Assembly (NCBI GenBank): GCA_965207705.1
Contig: OZ242292.1
Coordinates: 1,247,696 to 1,311,695 of the forward strand
Direction of reading: 5' to 3'
DNA length: 64,000 bases
Origin: Gammaproteobacteria bacterium
Lineage (GTDB): Bacteria > Pseudomonadota > Gammaproteobacteria > CBDBNL01 > JAAOII01
The notes below the pieces were generated by a model. It saw nothing but the letters and a program-made list of their open reading frames with translations, ran no database searches and was not told the DNA's origin. The translations under genes and the position numbers were made by a program. Below are positions 47,701 to 57,900 of this stretch, piece by piece (within the stretch, counting starts at the first letter, position 1; every line of letters starts with the position of its first letter).

Positions 47701-50700
47701 ATTACACAATCCCCTTCATAATAAGTGGCGCAGGAGGCAAATCATTAGTGGGCGAGATTAGCATTAGAATTGAGAACGTCAACGATACGCCTGTAATATC
47801 TGCCCTGACTCACTCAGGCGGAGTTGGCAGGGCAGCTCCCGCAGATGAGAATACCTTTATAGTGTCCGAGGGTGGAGTTAATGGAGCTATTACAGTAACG
47901 GTTGAGGATCCTGATATACAGCATGGAGATACAGTCAGCTTAGACATAATTAATGATGCGCTATTAGGTGACTCTGCATTTATTGATAAATATTTTTCAG
48001 TTGAATCAAGTATAGCCGGGACCAACCAAGTAGAGTTTACAATTCATATTGCTTCTGGACTTATGCAAGAAATTGATATAGGCGAATATCATTTTCAATT
48101 GTCGGTTTACGATAATTTTGGCGGCTCTGCTACTCGCGACCTCATTGTTATAGTGGAAGACACCGATGACTTAACCACTATTTCTAATTTCGGCTGGACG
48201 GGTAATTTGACGAGTATTAGTCCGGCGCCGAGCAACGAACGCGACCTATTTATAATTTATGAAGGGCAAAGCGGACAAATTGAATTCACATTTTCTGATG
48301 AGGATTTAGCCCTCACTCCGTTGGTTGTATCTAACATAACAGGCGACCCTATAGATTCGCAAATTATAAACGCGACTATTAGAACAAAACCATCATCGCC
48401 TGATGAAAGAATATTAACAATTAATATTGGAAACAACTCAAGCGGAACTCAGAAAATTGATGATATGCATATTGGTACTTATGAACTTAGCTTAAATATT
48501 TCCAGTTCTGCTGGAGAAGTTGCCATTAACTATCCATTTACTTTACAGATTATTAATGTTGAGGAGCAACCGCGAATTATTAAAATATTGCCTAGCTTTG
48601 GATTGAGTAGCGGACCTATTGCCAATTCCTTTATATTGACACAAAATATAGCGACAACTTTTATAATTGTGGTGGAGGATGAAGATTTTGCCAATCCTCA
48701 AAACCAAGAGAATATTATAATGACTTCCTCTCATCCCACCGACCCTAATCATCCATTTTTAACTCTGGTGTCTTATGTTAGTCCGCAGATTAATCTGCCA
48801 GACACAAGGGGAGGCAAGCGCGCTACCTTTGTAGCCAAGATTGCCGCGCCGTCAAATGATTTTGTGGGCGAGCATGCTCTATCCATAACTACTATTGATT
48901 CTTCCGCTCGCACTGCCAATTTAGATTTAAATCTTACTATTCTAAATGCCAATGATGCTCCGAGGATTATTAATATAACAAGTTCGGGTTCTGTTAGGCG
49001 CAGCAGTGTGGATAATTTCGTTGTTGCTGAGGGAGCAAGCCCTAATGGAGGCATTGACGTCATAGTTGAAGATGTAGATTTTCTTTTTGGTGATAAAGTT
49101 AGTTTGGCTGTTGCCAGCGCCACTCTTAACACTAAGTTTATATCCGTTGCCAAAGCGCATATAGATGAATCGGATGCCGACCCTAACCACCAAGTAATAT
49201 TTAATATAGATATTCTTTCCGAATCCTTGAATGATGCCGAAGTAGGAACTCATATCTTGGAAATAAACGCAACAGATGCTGAGGGAGTAGTCGCTACACG
49301 CCAAGTTAATTTAGTTGTTGAGAATGTTAATGACGCTCCTGAAATTGTTTCAATTACTTATTCAGAGAGCATTAGCAAGAACCTTAAAGATGCAGGTAAT
49401 ACAGGTGATGAATATACATATAATTTGAATGAGGGGGACAGCGGGGTTTTATATATTAAGATTATGGATGAAGATTTAATTCATTCGCACGAGAATATAA
49501 CAGTCAGCTGGACTAACCCTCTTACTCGTGAGTTATTGTCATTTGACAAAACATCATTTAGCTCCACGGATGTGCTTGAGGATGGGACAGTTAATTTTAT
49601 TTTGCGGCTGGGGCAAGACGCTGACTTTGATAATATTCATGTAGGTCCCCACTTTATATTTTTTTCAATATCTGATAGCACTGGCGCGGTGGTTAACGCA
49701 GGCGGTGAGCTAGCGAGATCAAGAATAATTATTAATATTGTTAATGTCCAGGAACGTCCCTTCTTTCCACAGATAGACCATAATATAGTTGTATTTGAAC
49801 AATCTGGAGGAGCTGAATTGTCAGCTGGGACAGTCATAGCAACTATCGGGCAGGCATACTGTTCAGCAGTAGGTTCAACATCTGGTTGCGCGTCTCCTGC
49901 GCCAGTTCTCGAGGCAAACGACCCAGATCCTGGTGATACGATAAGATTATCTTATGAACTTCAATCTATTGGCACAGAAAATTTTTATCTAGACGGTTTG
50001 AAACTCAAAAACCGCCACCCTATTAGAGTGGGTGAGAAAGAAAGTGTTATTATACATGTTGTAGATCCTTATAATAATAGGGAATTGCTAGAGGGGTATA
50101 TTGTTGTGCATGTTAAAAGATTAAATAATCTCAATCAAGATTCTGATGGTGATGGAGTTCGCGACCCTTATGATGGCGCTCCCGGCAACCCTGCTGCGCA
50201 AACCATGGGCAGTGGAACACATGCTGACCCGTATCTCATCCATAATATTTATCAACTGCAGGCAATAGCTGGAGTTGACCATCAAGGGAATAGTTTGCAG
50301 GCATCTGAGTTTACGGGGAACTCTTATTTGTATGGGAATGGATTGTTGCGACAGCTTAGCAGTCACTATCGTTTGGTAAATGATGTAAGCGCTTCCATCA
50401 CCTCAACTTGGAATCGCGGCGGCGGATTTATACCTATAGGGACAGGTGTTTGTAATAGTAGTGACGTACGATGCGATACTGCAACGGCAGCCCGTTTGGT
50501 GGATGGAACCCCAGTGCGCTTTAGCGGAACATTTGATGGATCGAATTTTGAAATTAGCGGCTTAACCATCAATAGGCAATCAAGCTATCTTGGACTATTT
50601 GGTGAAGCAGGAGTTGGCAGTGTTATTGCTAATCTAGAATTAACTTCGGCAAATATTATAAATTCTGCCACTCGCTCAAATCCAAGCGATGCAGTCAAAT

Positions 50701-51836
50701 TTAGCCATGGAGGGGTATTAGTGGGACAAATGTTAGGCGGCACCATAGATAATGTTCGTGTTACTGGAAGGTTCATGGGAATTGATTATAAATATGCAGG
50801 CGGTGTGGCGGGGTCGCTTAGTTCATCGGCGAATGGAGCAATACCTGGCATAATAACAAACTCTATGGCGGACGTTGACATTACTGCCAATGGCATTGAA
50901 TTTGGTGGATTAGTGGGTGTGTTGGGGCGGAACTCTCTCATACAAGCATCTAACGCCAAAGGGAATGTAATGTCCGCTGTAAATGATAATAATGCGCTTC
51001 TTGCTAATTATGTAGGCGGTTTAGTCGGAATATCTCGTGGCTATATATTTGCTTCTTATGCTACGGGTAATGTGCGCGGCTATTATAATGTGGGCGGGTT
51101 GGTTGGAAACGTGCTCGGAGGAGCAACAACTGCTAACTTTGCTACTGGTGATGTTGAAGGAATCATACAAGTTGGTGGATTAGTTGGTGAGATGTTAGGG
51201 GGTACTCACAGATATTTGTATTATAGCGGACAGCTTATTCGTTCTTCTTATACCTCTGCCACACCAGAATTTATAGGAGGTATAATAGGAAAATTATGGG
51301 CAAGAACAACTATTTACAGTGTTATTAATATGCGCTCCAGCAATCCTTATGACACACCTAAAGGAGGGTTAGTATTTGGTCTCCTTGATCTAACTGTAGT
51401 TCAAGATATCCCTAATATTCATAATGCCTATTCAATTTACGTCCTTGACAATTCTTTGGGTTACATTGCACATAAAAGTTATGGAACAGCACAGGGCGGA
51501 CCGCTTTCTCTTCTTGGGGACAACGCCGCTAGTATTAAAGCAATACCTATGATTCAGTTGAAATATTGCTCTAACGACGCACTTTTGCAGGGGTTGCTTT
51601 GCACTGGTTTATTCAATAATAATTTTTGGAGGGATTTACGTGTCTCGTCATTAGGTTCAAGCTATAATGTTGATTGGTCCATTCCCTCTGATAATTATCC
51701 CGCCCTTAAAGTGCAACGAGTTACTGGGACGGGAGAGCTTGATGATGCCAGTATTCTTCCTTCGCCCGAAGAGCAAAGATGTCATATTGAACCAGAATAT
51801 ACTCACCCCACCTACTGCCCAACAACCATCCGCTAA
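38778..51836 (+). CDS. Giant cadherin-like/GLUG lipoprotein, array paralog 2 (seven central cassettes)
   Basis: The open frame runs 38757-51836. I prefer ATG 38778 (MKITYMKSRLKSRF..) because it is the start shared with paralogs 1 and 3. The upstream ATG 38757 is in frame here only because of a 1-nt difference from paralog 1 (CTTATG vs CTTTATG). The head is at 50226-51833. Confidence 0.88.
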   Translation: MKITYMKSRLKSRFIIVFLSLIAVGCAGSGNNNGSGQSPTPLTPTPPTCADNPDVCSVPYLTALYGGGVFYFNEATEINQTVKISEGEKQTFYAIIHDSDISSGESINVTINSTIKLDTDIIDSLNGYVSPPLKMDPETDPESIPSALENYTNAEGYEIFNFTLGEDLLLDDKVVGEHEILVVSIDARGLEGSSKIVVVIENVNDTPVISSLERSGGVTASSENIFEVYEGGEEGIIRVKVRDDDIQHGDIVSLNLISADLPGIISIEEDKLSQSDAVNNQVEFVLNVASGLLRDADIGEHQFRFLVHDEFGGIDGSGNFTLNVKNTDDASSATYSAIRGGVSKLDSVDGSPDIFAISEGQSGQIEVIISDEDLSRTSQLEYTITSDSIRQGVRAGLLNISRVESSSSAEEQIFLIDIGKNGSPIDDADIGIYNLNLRVADDDRAVNANYPFVLKVNNVVEQPNIISVLAGEGVSASADNNSWILSEDVVGSLSIVVEDEDFGSAQNQESINITITSPILPENFITVPQSEISRPDSSTNNRATFRIEFTAPANELVGEHNITFSFTDTDGNIVLYKREFRIENVNDAPVISALTSLDGVVSIGGDVFEVYEGGEEGIIRVKVRDVDIQHGDIVSLNITSANLPTGVISIEKDKLSQLDTINNQVEFVLNVASGLLRDADIGEHLLNFLVYDEFGGAEDTRTITLKIKNTDDASSATYSAIRGGVSKLDSVDGSPDTFAISEGQSGQIEVIISDEDLSRTSQLEYTITSDSIRRGVRAGLLNISRVESSSSAEENIFLIDIGKSGSPIDDADIGSYNLNLRVENDAGTVNANYPFVLTVNNVVEQPNIISVLAGTGVSASADNNSWILSEDVVGSLSIVVEDEDFGSAQNQESINITITSPTLPENFITVPQSEISRPDSSTNNRVTFRIEFTAPANQLVGEHNITFSFTDTDGNTALYEREFRIENVNDAPVISALTRSDGVTSNGENIFEVYEGGEEGTIRVAVRDDDIQHGDIVSLNITSANLPAGVISIEKDKLSQSDVVNNQVEFVVHIASGLLRDADIGEYILDLLVYDELGKAEDSRTITLKVNNVVEQPNIISVLAGAGVSASADGSSWILSEDVAGSLSIVVEDEDFGSVQNQESINITIMSPTLPENFITVQQSEISRPDSSTNNRVTFRIEFTAPANELVGEHNITFSFTDTDGNTALYEGKFRIENVNDAPVISALTSLDGVVSSGENIFEVYEGGEEGIIRVKVRDADIQHGDIIGLNITGANLPTGVISIEKDKLSQSDTINNQVEFIVRIASELLQDSDTGEYSLDFLVYDEFGKAEDSRTITLKVINTDDASSATYSAIRGGVSKLGSVDGSPDTFAISEGESGQINVTISDEDLIHTSQLEYTITGDSIRQGLLNISRVESSSSAEENIFLIDIGKNGNPIDDADIGSYNLNLRVTDDAGTVNANYPFVLKVNNVVEPPNIISVLAGAGVSAAADGSSWTLSEDVAGSLNIVVEDEDFGSPQNQESINITITSPTLPENFITVQQSEISRPDSSTNNRVTFRIEFTAPANQLVGEHNVTFSFTDTDGNRALYEGEFRIENVNDAPVIFSLTRSDGVFSSGENIFEAFEGGEEGTIRVAVRDVDIQHGDIVSLNITSANLPTGVISIEKDKLSQLDTINNQVEFVLNVASGLLRDADIGEYLLDLLVYDEFDGAKDKRTITLKIKNTDDASSATYSAIRGGVSKLDSVDGASDTFAISEGQSGQIEVIISDEDLSRTSQLEYTITSDSIRQGVRAGLLNISRVESSSSAEENIFLIDIGKSGSPIDDADIGSYNLNLRVEDDAGTVNANYPFVLKVNNVVEQPNIISVLAGTGISASANNNSWILSEDVAGSLSIVVEDEDFGSAQNQESINITIMSPTLPQNFITVQQSEISRPDSSTNNRATFRIEFTAPANELVGEHNITFSFTDTDGNIVLYKRKFKIENVNDAPVIFSLTRSDGVFSSGENIFEVYEGGEEGIIRVTVRDADIQHGDIVGLNITDANLPTGVISIEADKLSQSDAINNQVEFVLNVASGLLRDTDIGEYLLDLLVYDEFGGAEDTRTITLKVNNVVEQPNIISVLAGAGVSASADGSSWILSEDVAGSLSIVVEDEDLESPQNQESINITITSPTLSENFITVQQSEISRPDSSTNNRVTFRIEFTAPANQLVGEHNVTFSFTDTTGNIVLYKREFKIENVNDAPVISAITSLDGVVSIGGDVFEVFEGGDNGAIKVIVNDADIQHGDVVGLNITGANLPTGVISIEANKLSQSDAINNQVEFIVRIASELLQDSDTGEYSLDFLVYDELGKAEDSRTITLKVINIDDASSATYSAISGGVSKLDSVDDSPDIFAISEGQSGQIKIAISDEDLIHSSQLEYTITGDSIRQGIRVGLLNITRVEPSSSAEEHIFLIDIGKSGSPIDDADIGSYNLNLRVENDAGTVNANYPFILKVNNVVEQPNIISVLAGAGVSASADGSSWTLSEDVAGSLSIVVEDEDFGSPQNQESINITIMSPTLPENFITVPQSEISRPDSSTNNRVTFRIEFTAPANQLVGEHNITFSFTDTTGNIVLYKREFRIENVNDVPEISMMDSARGVTSNGENIFEVYEGGEEGIIRVKVRDVDIQHGDIVSLNLISADLPGIISIEEDKLSQSDAMNNQVEFVLNVASGLLRDADIGEHQFRFLVHDEFGGIDGSGNFTLNVKNTDDTSSINYLAISGRINKLSNADGVPDTFAISEGQSGQIQVIISDEDLIHTSQLEYTITSDSIRQGIREGLLNITRVESLSSAEEHIFLIDVGKSGGPIDDADIGNYNLNLRIFDVSADRRVDALYPFVLEINNVPEPTAIINVQAGQGAVAGTGTNYFVLIEEILASLDIIVMDEDLVNPLAQENITMETIPSDLPNDLLLTKSLYVTRPDTVGGNQATFTLEIAAPRNEDARDDNYTIPFIISGAGGKSLVGEISIRIENVNDTPVISALTHSGGVGRAAPADENTFIVSEGGVNGAITVTVEDPDIQHGDTVSLDIINDALLGDSAFIDKYFSVESSIAGTNQVEFTIHIASGLMQEIDIGEYHFQLSVYDNFGGSATRDLIVIVEDTDDLTTISNFGWTGNLTSISPAPSNERDLFIIYEGQSGQIEFTFSDEDLALTPLVVSNITGDPIDSQIINATIRTKPSSPDERILTINIGNNSSGTQKIDDMHIGTYELSLNISSSAGEVAINYPFTLQIINVEEQPRIIKILPSFGLSSGPIANSFILTQNIATTFIIVVEDEDFANPQNQENIIMTSSHPTDPNHPFLTLVSYVSPQINLPDTRGGKRATFVAKIAAPSNDFVGEHALSITTIDSSARTANLDLNLTILNANDAPRIINITSSGSVRRSSVDNFVVAEGASPNGGIDVIVEDVDFLFGDKVSLAVASATLNTKFISVAKAHIDESDADPNHQVIFNIDILSESLNDAEVGTHILEINATDAEGVVATRQVNLVVENVNDAPEIVSITYSESISKNLKDAGNTGDEYTYNLNEGDSGVLYIKIMDEDLIHSHENITVSWTNPLTRELLSFDKTSFSSTDVLEDGTVNFILRLGQDADFDNIHVGPHFIFFSISDSTGAVVNAGGELARSRIIINIVNVQERPFFPQIDHNIVVFEQSGGAELSAGTVIATIGQAYCSAVGSTSGCASPAPVLEANDPDPGDTIRLSYELQSIGTENFYLDGLKLKNRHPIRVGEKESVIIHVVDPYNNRELLEGYIVVHVKRLNNLNQDSDGDGVRDPYDGAPGNPAAQTMGSGTHADPYLIHNIYQLQAIAGVDHQGNSLQASEFTGNSYLYGNGLLRQLSSHYRLVNDVSASITSTWNRGGGFIPIGTGVCNSSDVRCDTATAARLVDGTPVRFSGTFDGSNFEISGLTINRQSSYLGLFGEAGVGSVIANLELTSANIINSATRSNPSDAVKFSHGGVLVGQMLGGTIDNVRVTGRFMGIDYKYAGGVAGSLSSSANGAIPGIITNSMADVDITANGIEFGGLVGVLGRNSLIQASNAKGNVMSAVNDNNALLANYVGGLVGISRGYIFASYATGNVRGYYNVGGLVGNVLGGATTANFATGDVEGIIQVGGLVGEMLGGTHRYLYYSGQLIRSSYTSATPEFIGGIIGKLWARTTIYSVINMRSSNPYDTPKGGLVFGLLDLTVVQDIPNIHNAYSIYVLDNSLGYIAHKSYGTAQGGPLSLLGDNAASIKAIPMIQLKYCSNDALLQGLLCTGLFNNNFWRDLRVSSLGSSYNVDWSIPSDNYPALKVQRVTGTGELDDASILPSPEEQRCHIEPEYTHPTYCPTTIR
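39378..46613 (+). repeat. Cassette array in paralog 2: seven units of 1146, 1149, 753, 1137, 1149, 753 and 1149 nt
   Basis: Unit lengths are the distances between successive ENVND landmarks (GAG at 39378, 40524, 41673, 42426, 43563, 44712, 45465, 46614). The ~1.15-kb units are domain types A-B-C and the 753-nt units are A-C. Confidence 0.85.
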
Positions 51837-51984
51837 AAATGATATACTTCATATTGCAGAGGCAGGGCGCTCATCTGAAAAGTAGATATGTTGAATATTA
51901 GGCAGTAATATGTTTGCTATATATAATTCGACTAATATTTGTTATATAATTCAATGAATAAATATAAATATAGATAATGATCTT
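51837..51984 (+). promoter_or_regulatory. Conserved upstream leader of array paralog 3 (5' part deleted)
   Basis: The block begins right at the stop of paralog 2 with ..AATGATATACTTCATATTGCAGAGG. The AAATATGCAATATT half of the motif is missing. Confidence 0.35.
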
Positions 51985-54900
51985 ATGAAAATTACATATA
52001 TGAAAAGTAGATTAAAGAGTAGATTTATTATTATTTTCTTGTCTCTGATCGCGGTGGGGTGCGGTGGATCAAATAATAATACAAGCGGTCAGTCCCCTAC
52101 TCCCCTTACCCCTACTCCCCTTACATGCGCCGATGATTTCCAGGTATGTTCGCCGCCCCATCTTACGGCTTTATACGGCGGCGATGTGTTCTACTTTAAC
52201 GAAGCTACGGGGATTAACCAAACTGTCAAAATTAGCGAAGGAGAGAAGCAAACCTTCTATGCTATTATCCATGATTCTGATATATCATCTGGAGAATCTA
52301 TTAATGTTACCATCAATAGTACAACTATTGATTTTGCGGATAGTTTATATGGCTATGTTTCTCCACCACTTAAGATGGATCCCGAGACGGATCCCGAGAG
52401 TATTCCATCCGCGCTTGAAAACTACACAAATACTGAAGGATATGAGATTTTTAACTTTACCTTAGGGGAAGACCTTTTATTAGATGATAAAGTGGTCGGA
52501 GAACATGAGATTTCAGTTGTCTCTATTGATACCCGGGGATTGGAGGGTTCTTCTAAGATAGTAGTTGTGATAGAGAACGTCAACGATACGCCTGTAATAT
52601 CCTCCTTGGAACGTTCAGGCGGAGTTACCGCAAGCAGTGAAAATATTTTTGAAGTATATGAGGGAGGTGAAGAAAGAATTATTAGGGTAAAAGTTAGAGA
52701 TGATGATATACAGCACGGAGATATTGTTGGCTTGAATATTACCAGTGCTAATCTACCGACTGGAGTTATATCCATTGAAAAGGATAAATTATCCCAGTCG
52801 GATACTGTAAATAATCAAGTAGAGTTTATAGTCCATATTGCGTCCGGGCTTCTGCGGGATGCTGATATAGGCGAACATTTGTTGAACTTCTTAGTTTATG
52901 ATGAACTTGGCAAGGCAGAAGACAGTAGAACTATTACTCTAAAAGTTAATAATGTTGCTGAGCAGCCCAATATTATTAGCGTGTTGGCGGGAGCAGGTGT
53001 TAGCGCTTCAGCCGATGGTAGCTCTTGGATATTATCAGAAGATGTTGCAGGTTCTTTGAGTATCGTGGTGGAGGATGAGGATTTCGGTAGTACGGAAAAT
53101 CAAGAGAGTTTGCGCATTGACATTAGGAGTTCTACCCTGCCTGAGAACTTCATAACTGTTCAACAATCAGAGATTAGCAGCCCTGATAGTTCTACGAATA
53201 ACAGAGTCACTTTTAGAATTGAATTTACCGCTCCTGCTAATCAACTAGTTGGAGAACATAATATCACTTTTTCCTTTACTGATACAGATGGAAATACAGC
53301 ATTATATGAGGGGGAGTTTAGAATTGAGAATGTTAATGATGCTCCTGTAATATCCGCCCTGACTAGTTTAGATGGGGTTGTCTCAATAGGTGAAAATATT
53401 TTTGAAGCGTTTGAAGGTGGTGAAGAAGGAACTATTAGGGTGGCAGTTAGAGATGATGATATACCGCATGGAGATATTGTTGGCTTGAATATTACCAGCG
53501 CTAATCTACCAGCTGGAGTTATATCTATTGAAAAGGATAAATTATCCCAGTCCGATACTATAAATAATCAAGTGGAGTTTATAGTCCATATTGCGTCTGG
53601 GCTTCTGCGGGATGCTGATATAGGCGAACATTTGTTGAACTTCTTGGTTTATGATGAATTTGGTAAGGCAGAGGACACAAGAACTATAACTCTAAAAGTT
53701 AATAATGTTGTTGAGCAACCGAATATTATTAGCGTGTTGGCGGGAGCAGGTGTTAGCGCTTCAGCCGATGGTAGCTCTTGGATATTATCAGAAGATGTTG
53801 CGGGTTCTTTGAGTATCGTGGTGGAGGATGAAGATTTCGGTAGTACGGAAAATCAAGAGAGTTTGCGCATTGACATTAGGAGTTCTACCCTTCCTGAGAA
53901 CTTCATAACTGTTCAACAATCAGAGATTAGCAGCCCTGATAGCTCTACAAATAATAGAGTCACTTTTAGAATTGAATTTACCGCTCCTGCTAATCAACTA
54001 GTTGGAGAACATAATATCACTTTTTCCTTTACTGATACAGATGAAAATAGAGCGCTATATGAGGGGGAGTTTAGAATTGAGAATGTTAATGATGCTCCTG
54101 TAATATCCGCCCTGACTAGTTTAGATGGGGTTGTCTCAAGCGGTGAAAATATTTTTGAAGTATATGAGGGAGGTGAAGAAGGAATTATTAGGGTAACAGT
54201 TAGAGATGAGGATATACCGCATGGAGATATTGTTAGCTTGAATATTACTAGCGCTAATCTGCCGACTGGAGTTATATCTATTGAAAAGGATAAATTATCC
54301 CAGTCGGATACTGTAAATAATCAAGTGGAGTTTGTATTAAATGTAGCGTCTGGGCTTCTGCGGGATGCTGATATAGGCGAACATTTGTTGAACTTCTTGG
54401 TTTATGATGAATTTGGCGGGGCAGAGGACACAAGAACTATTACTCTAAAAGTTAATAATGTTGTTGAGCAACCGAATATTATTAGCGTGTTGGCGGGAGC
54501 AGGTGTTAGCGCTTCAGCCAATAATAACTCTTGGACATTATCAGAAGATGTTGCAGGTTCTTTGAGTATCGTAGTGGAGGATGAAGATCTCGGCAGCCCG
54601 CAAAATCAAGAGAGTATAAACATCACCATTACAAGCCCCACTCTTCCTGAGAACTTCATAACTGTTCAACAATCAGAGATTAGCCGCCCCGACAGTTCTA
54701 CGAATAACAGAGTCACTTTTAGAATTGAATTTACCGCTCCTGCTAATGAACTAGTTGGAGAACATAATATTACTTTTTCCTTTACTGATACAGATGGGAA
54801 CATAGTTTTATATAAGAGGGAGTTTAGAATTGAGAACGTCAACGATGTTCCTGAGATATCCATGATGGATTCTGCTCGCGGAGTTACCTCAAGCGGTGAA

Positions 54901-57900
54901 AATATTTTTGAAGCATTTGAAGGTGGTGAAGAAGGAATTATTAGGGTAAAAGTTAGAGATGATGATATACCGCATGGAGATATTATTGGCTTGAATATTA
55001 CCAGCGCTAATCTGCCAGCTGGGATTATATCCATTGAAAAGGATAAATTATCCCAGTCCGATGTTGTAAATAACCAGGTAGAGTTTGTAGTCCATATTGC
55101 GTCTGGGCTTCTGCGGGATGCTGATATAGGTGAATATCTATTAGACCTTTTGGTTTATGATGAACTTGGCAAGGCAGAAGACAGTAGAACTATTACTCTA
55201 AAAGTTAATAATGTTGTTGAGCAGCCAAATATTATTAGCGTGTTGGCGGGAGAAGGTGTTAGCGCTTCAACCGATGGCAGCTCTTGGATATTATCAGAAG
55301 ATGTTGCGGGTTCTTTGAGTATCGTGGTGGAGGATGAAGATTTCGGTAGTACGGAAAACCAAGAGAGTATAAACATTACTATTATGAGTTCCACTCTGTC
55401 TGAGAACTTCATAACTGTTCAACAATCAGAGATTAGCCGCCCCGACAGTTCTACGAATAACAGAGCCACTTTTAGAATTGAATTTACCGCTCCTGCTAAT
55501 GAACTAGTTGGAGAACATAATATTACTTTTTCCTTTACTGATACAGATGGGAACATAGTTTTATATAAGAGGGAGTTTAGAATTGAGAACGTCAATGATG
55601 CTCCTGAGGTATATATGATGGATTCTGCTCGCGGAGTTACCTCGATTGGTGAAAATATTTTTGAAGTATATGAGGGAGGTGAAGATGGAATTATTAGGGT
55701 AAAAGTTAGAGATGTGGATATACAGCATGGAGATATTGTTAGCTTAAATCTTATCAGCGCCGATTTGCCTGGCATTATATCTATTGAGGAGGATAAATTA
55801 TCCCAGTCGGATGCTATGAATAATCAAGTGGAGTTTGTATTAAATGTAGCGTCTGGTCTTCTGCGGGATGCTGATATAGGCGAGCATCAGTTTCGTTTTT
55901 TAGTGCATGATGAATTTGGTGGGATAGACGGCAGCGGGAACTTTACTCTGAATGTCAAAAATACCGATGACACAAGCAGCATCAATTATTCAGCAATTAG
56001 CGGAAGGATTAATAAGCTGAGTAATGCGGATGGCGTCCCAGATACCTTCGCAATTAGTGAGGGGCAAAGCGGGCAAATTCAAGTTATAATCTCTGATGAG
56101 GATTTAATCCACTCTTCGCAGCTTGAATATACAATAACTGGCAACTCTATTAGGCAAGGGATTAGGGAAGGATTATTAAACATAACCAGAGTTGAATCCT
56201 CATCTTCTGCTGAGGAACATATATTTCTCATTGATATCGGCAAGAGCGGCAGTCCAATTGATGATGCGGATATTGGAAATTACAACTTGAATCTGCGCAT
56301 ATTTGATGTTGGCGCAGATAGGAGAGTAGACGCCCTTTATCCTTTTGTGTTGGAGATAAACAATGTGCCTGAACCGACTGCTATTATTAATGTGCAGGCG
56401 GGACAGGGAGCTGTAGCAGGAACAGGAACTAATTATTTTGTGCTTACAGAGAAAATTTTAGCATCCTTTGACATTATAGTTATGGATGAAGACCTTGTAA
56501 ATCCGCTTGCTCAAGAGAACATAACAATGGAAACTATACCTAGCGATTTACCGAATGACTTACTGCTTACTAAAAGTTTATATGTTACCCGTCCTGATAC
56601 GGTTGGCGGAAATCAGGCAACCTTTACCCTGGGAATTGCTGCTCCACGCAACGAAGATGCGCGGGACGATAATTACACAATCCCCTTCATAATAAGTGGC
56701 GCAGGAGGCAGATCATTAGTGGGCGAAATTAGCATTAAAATTGAGAACGTCAATGATGCGCCTGTAATATCTGCCCTGACTCACTCAGGCGGAGTTAGCA
56801 GGACCGGCCTGCCTGTAGAGAGTAATACTTTTATAGTGTCCGAGGGCGGAGTTAATGGATCTATTACAGTAACGGTTGAGGATCCTGATATACAGCATGG
56901 AGACACAGTAGGTTTAGAGATAAGCAATGATGCGTTATTAGGGGACGCTACATTTATTGATAAATATTTTTCAGTTGAAGAAAACATAGCAGCGCCCAAT
57001 CAGGTAGAGTTTGCAATCCATATTGCTTCTGAGCTTATGCAGGATACTGATATAGGCGAGCATCATTTTCAATTAGTGGTTTTTGATGATTTTGGCGGCT
57101 CTGCTACTCGCGACTTCATTGTTATAGTGGAAGACACCGATGACTTAACCACTATTTCTAATTTCGGCTGGACGGGTAATTTGACGAAGGTTGCTCCAAT
57201 ATCTAGTCCGGCGCCGAGCAACGGAGGAGACCTGTTTACAATTTATGAAGGACAAAGCGGACAAATTGAGTTCACATTTTCTGATGAAGATTTATCTCTC
57301 GCTTCGTTAGTTGTATCTAACATAACAGGCGACCCTATAGATTCGCAAATTATAAACGCTACTATTAGAACAAAACCATCATCGCCTGATGAAAGAATAT
57401 TGACAATTAATATTGGAAACAACTCAAGCGGAACTCAGAAAATTGATGATGTCCATATCGGCACTTATGAACTTAGCTTAAATATTTCCAGTTCTGCTGG
57501 AGAAGTTGCCATTAGCTATCCATTCACTTTACAGATTATTAATGTTGAGGAGCAACCGCGTATTATTAAAATATTGCCTAGCTTTGGATTGAGTAGCGGA
57601 CCTGCTGCCAATTCCTTTATATTGACACAAAATGTAGCGACAACTTTTATAATTGTGGTGGAGGATGAAGATTTTGCCAGCCCGCAAAACCAAGAGAATA
57701 TTATAATGACTTCCTCTCATCCCACCGACTCTAATTATCCATTTTTAACTCTGGTGTCTTATGAGAGTCCGCAGATTAATCTTCCAGACATAGCGGGAGG
57801 CAAGCGCGCCACCTTTATAGCCAAGATTGCCGCACCGTCAAATGATTTTGTGGGCGAGCATACTCTATCCATAACTGCTATTGATTCTTCAGTCAGGACT

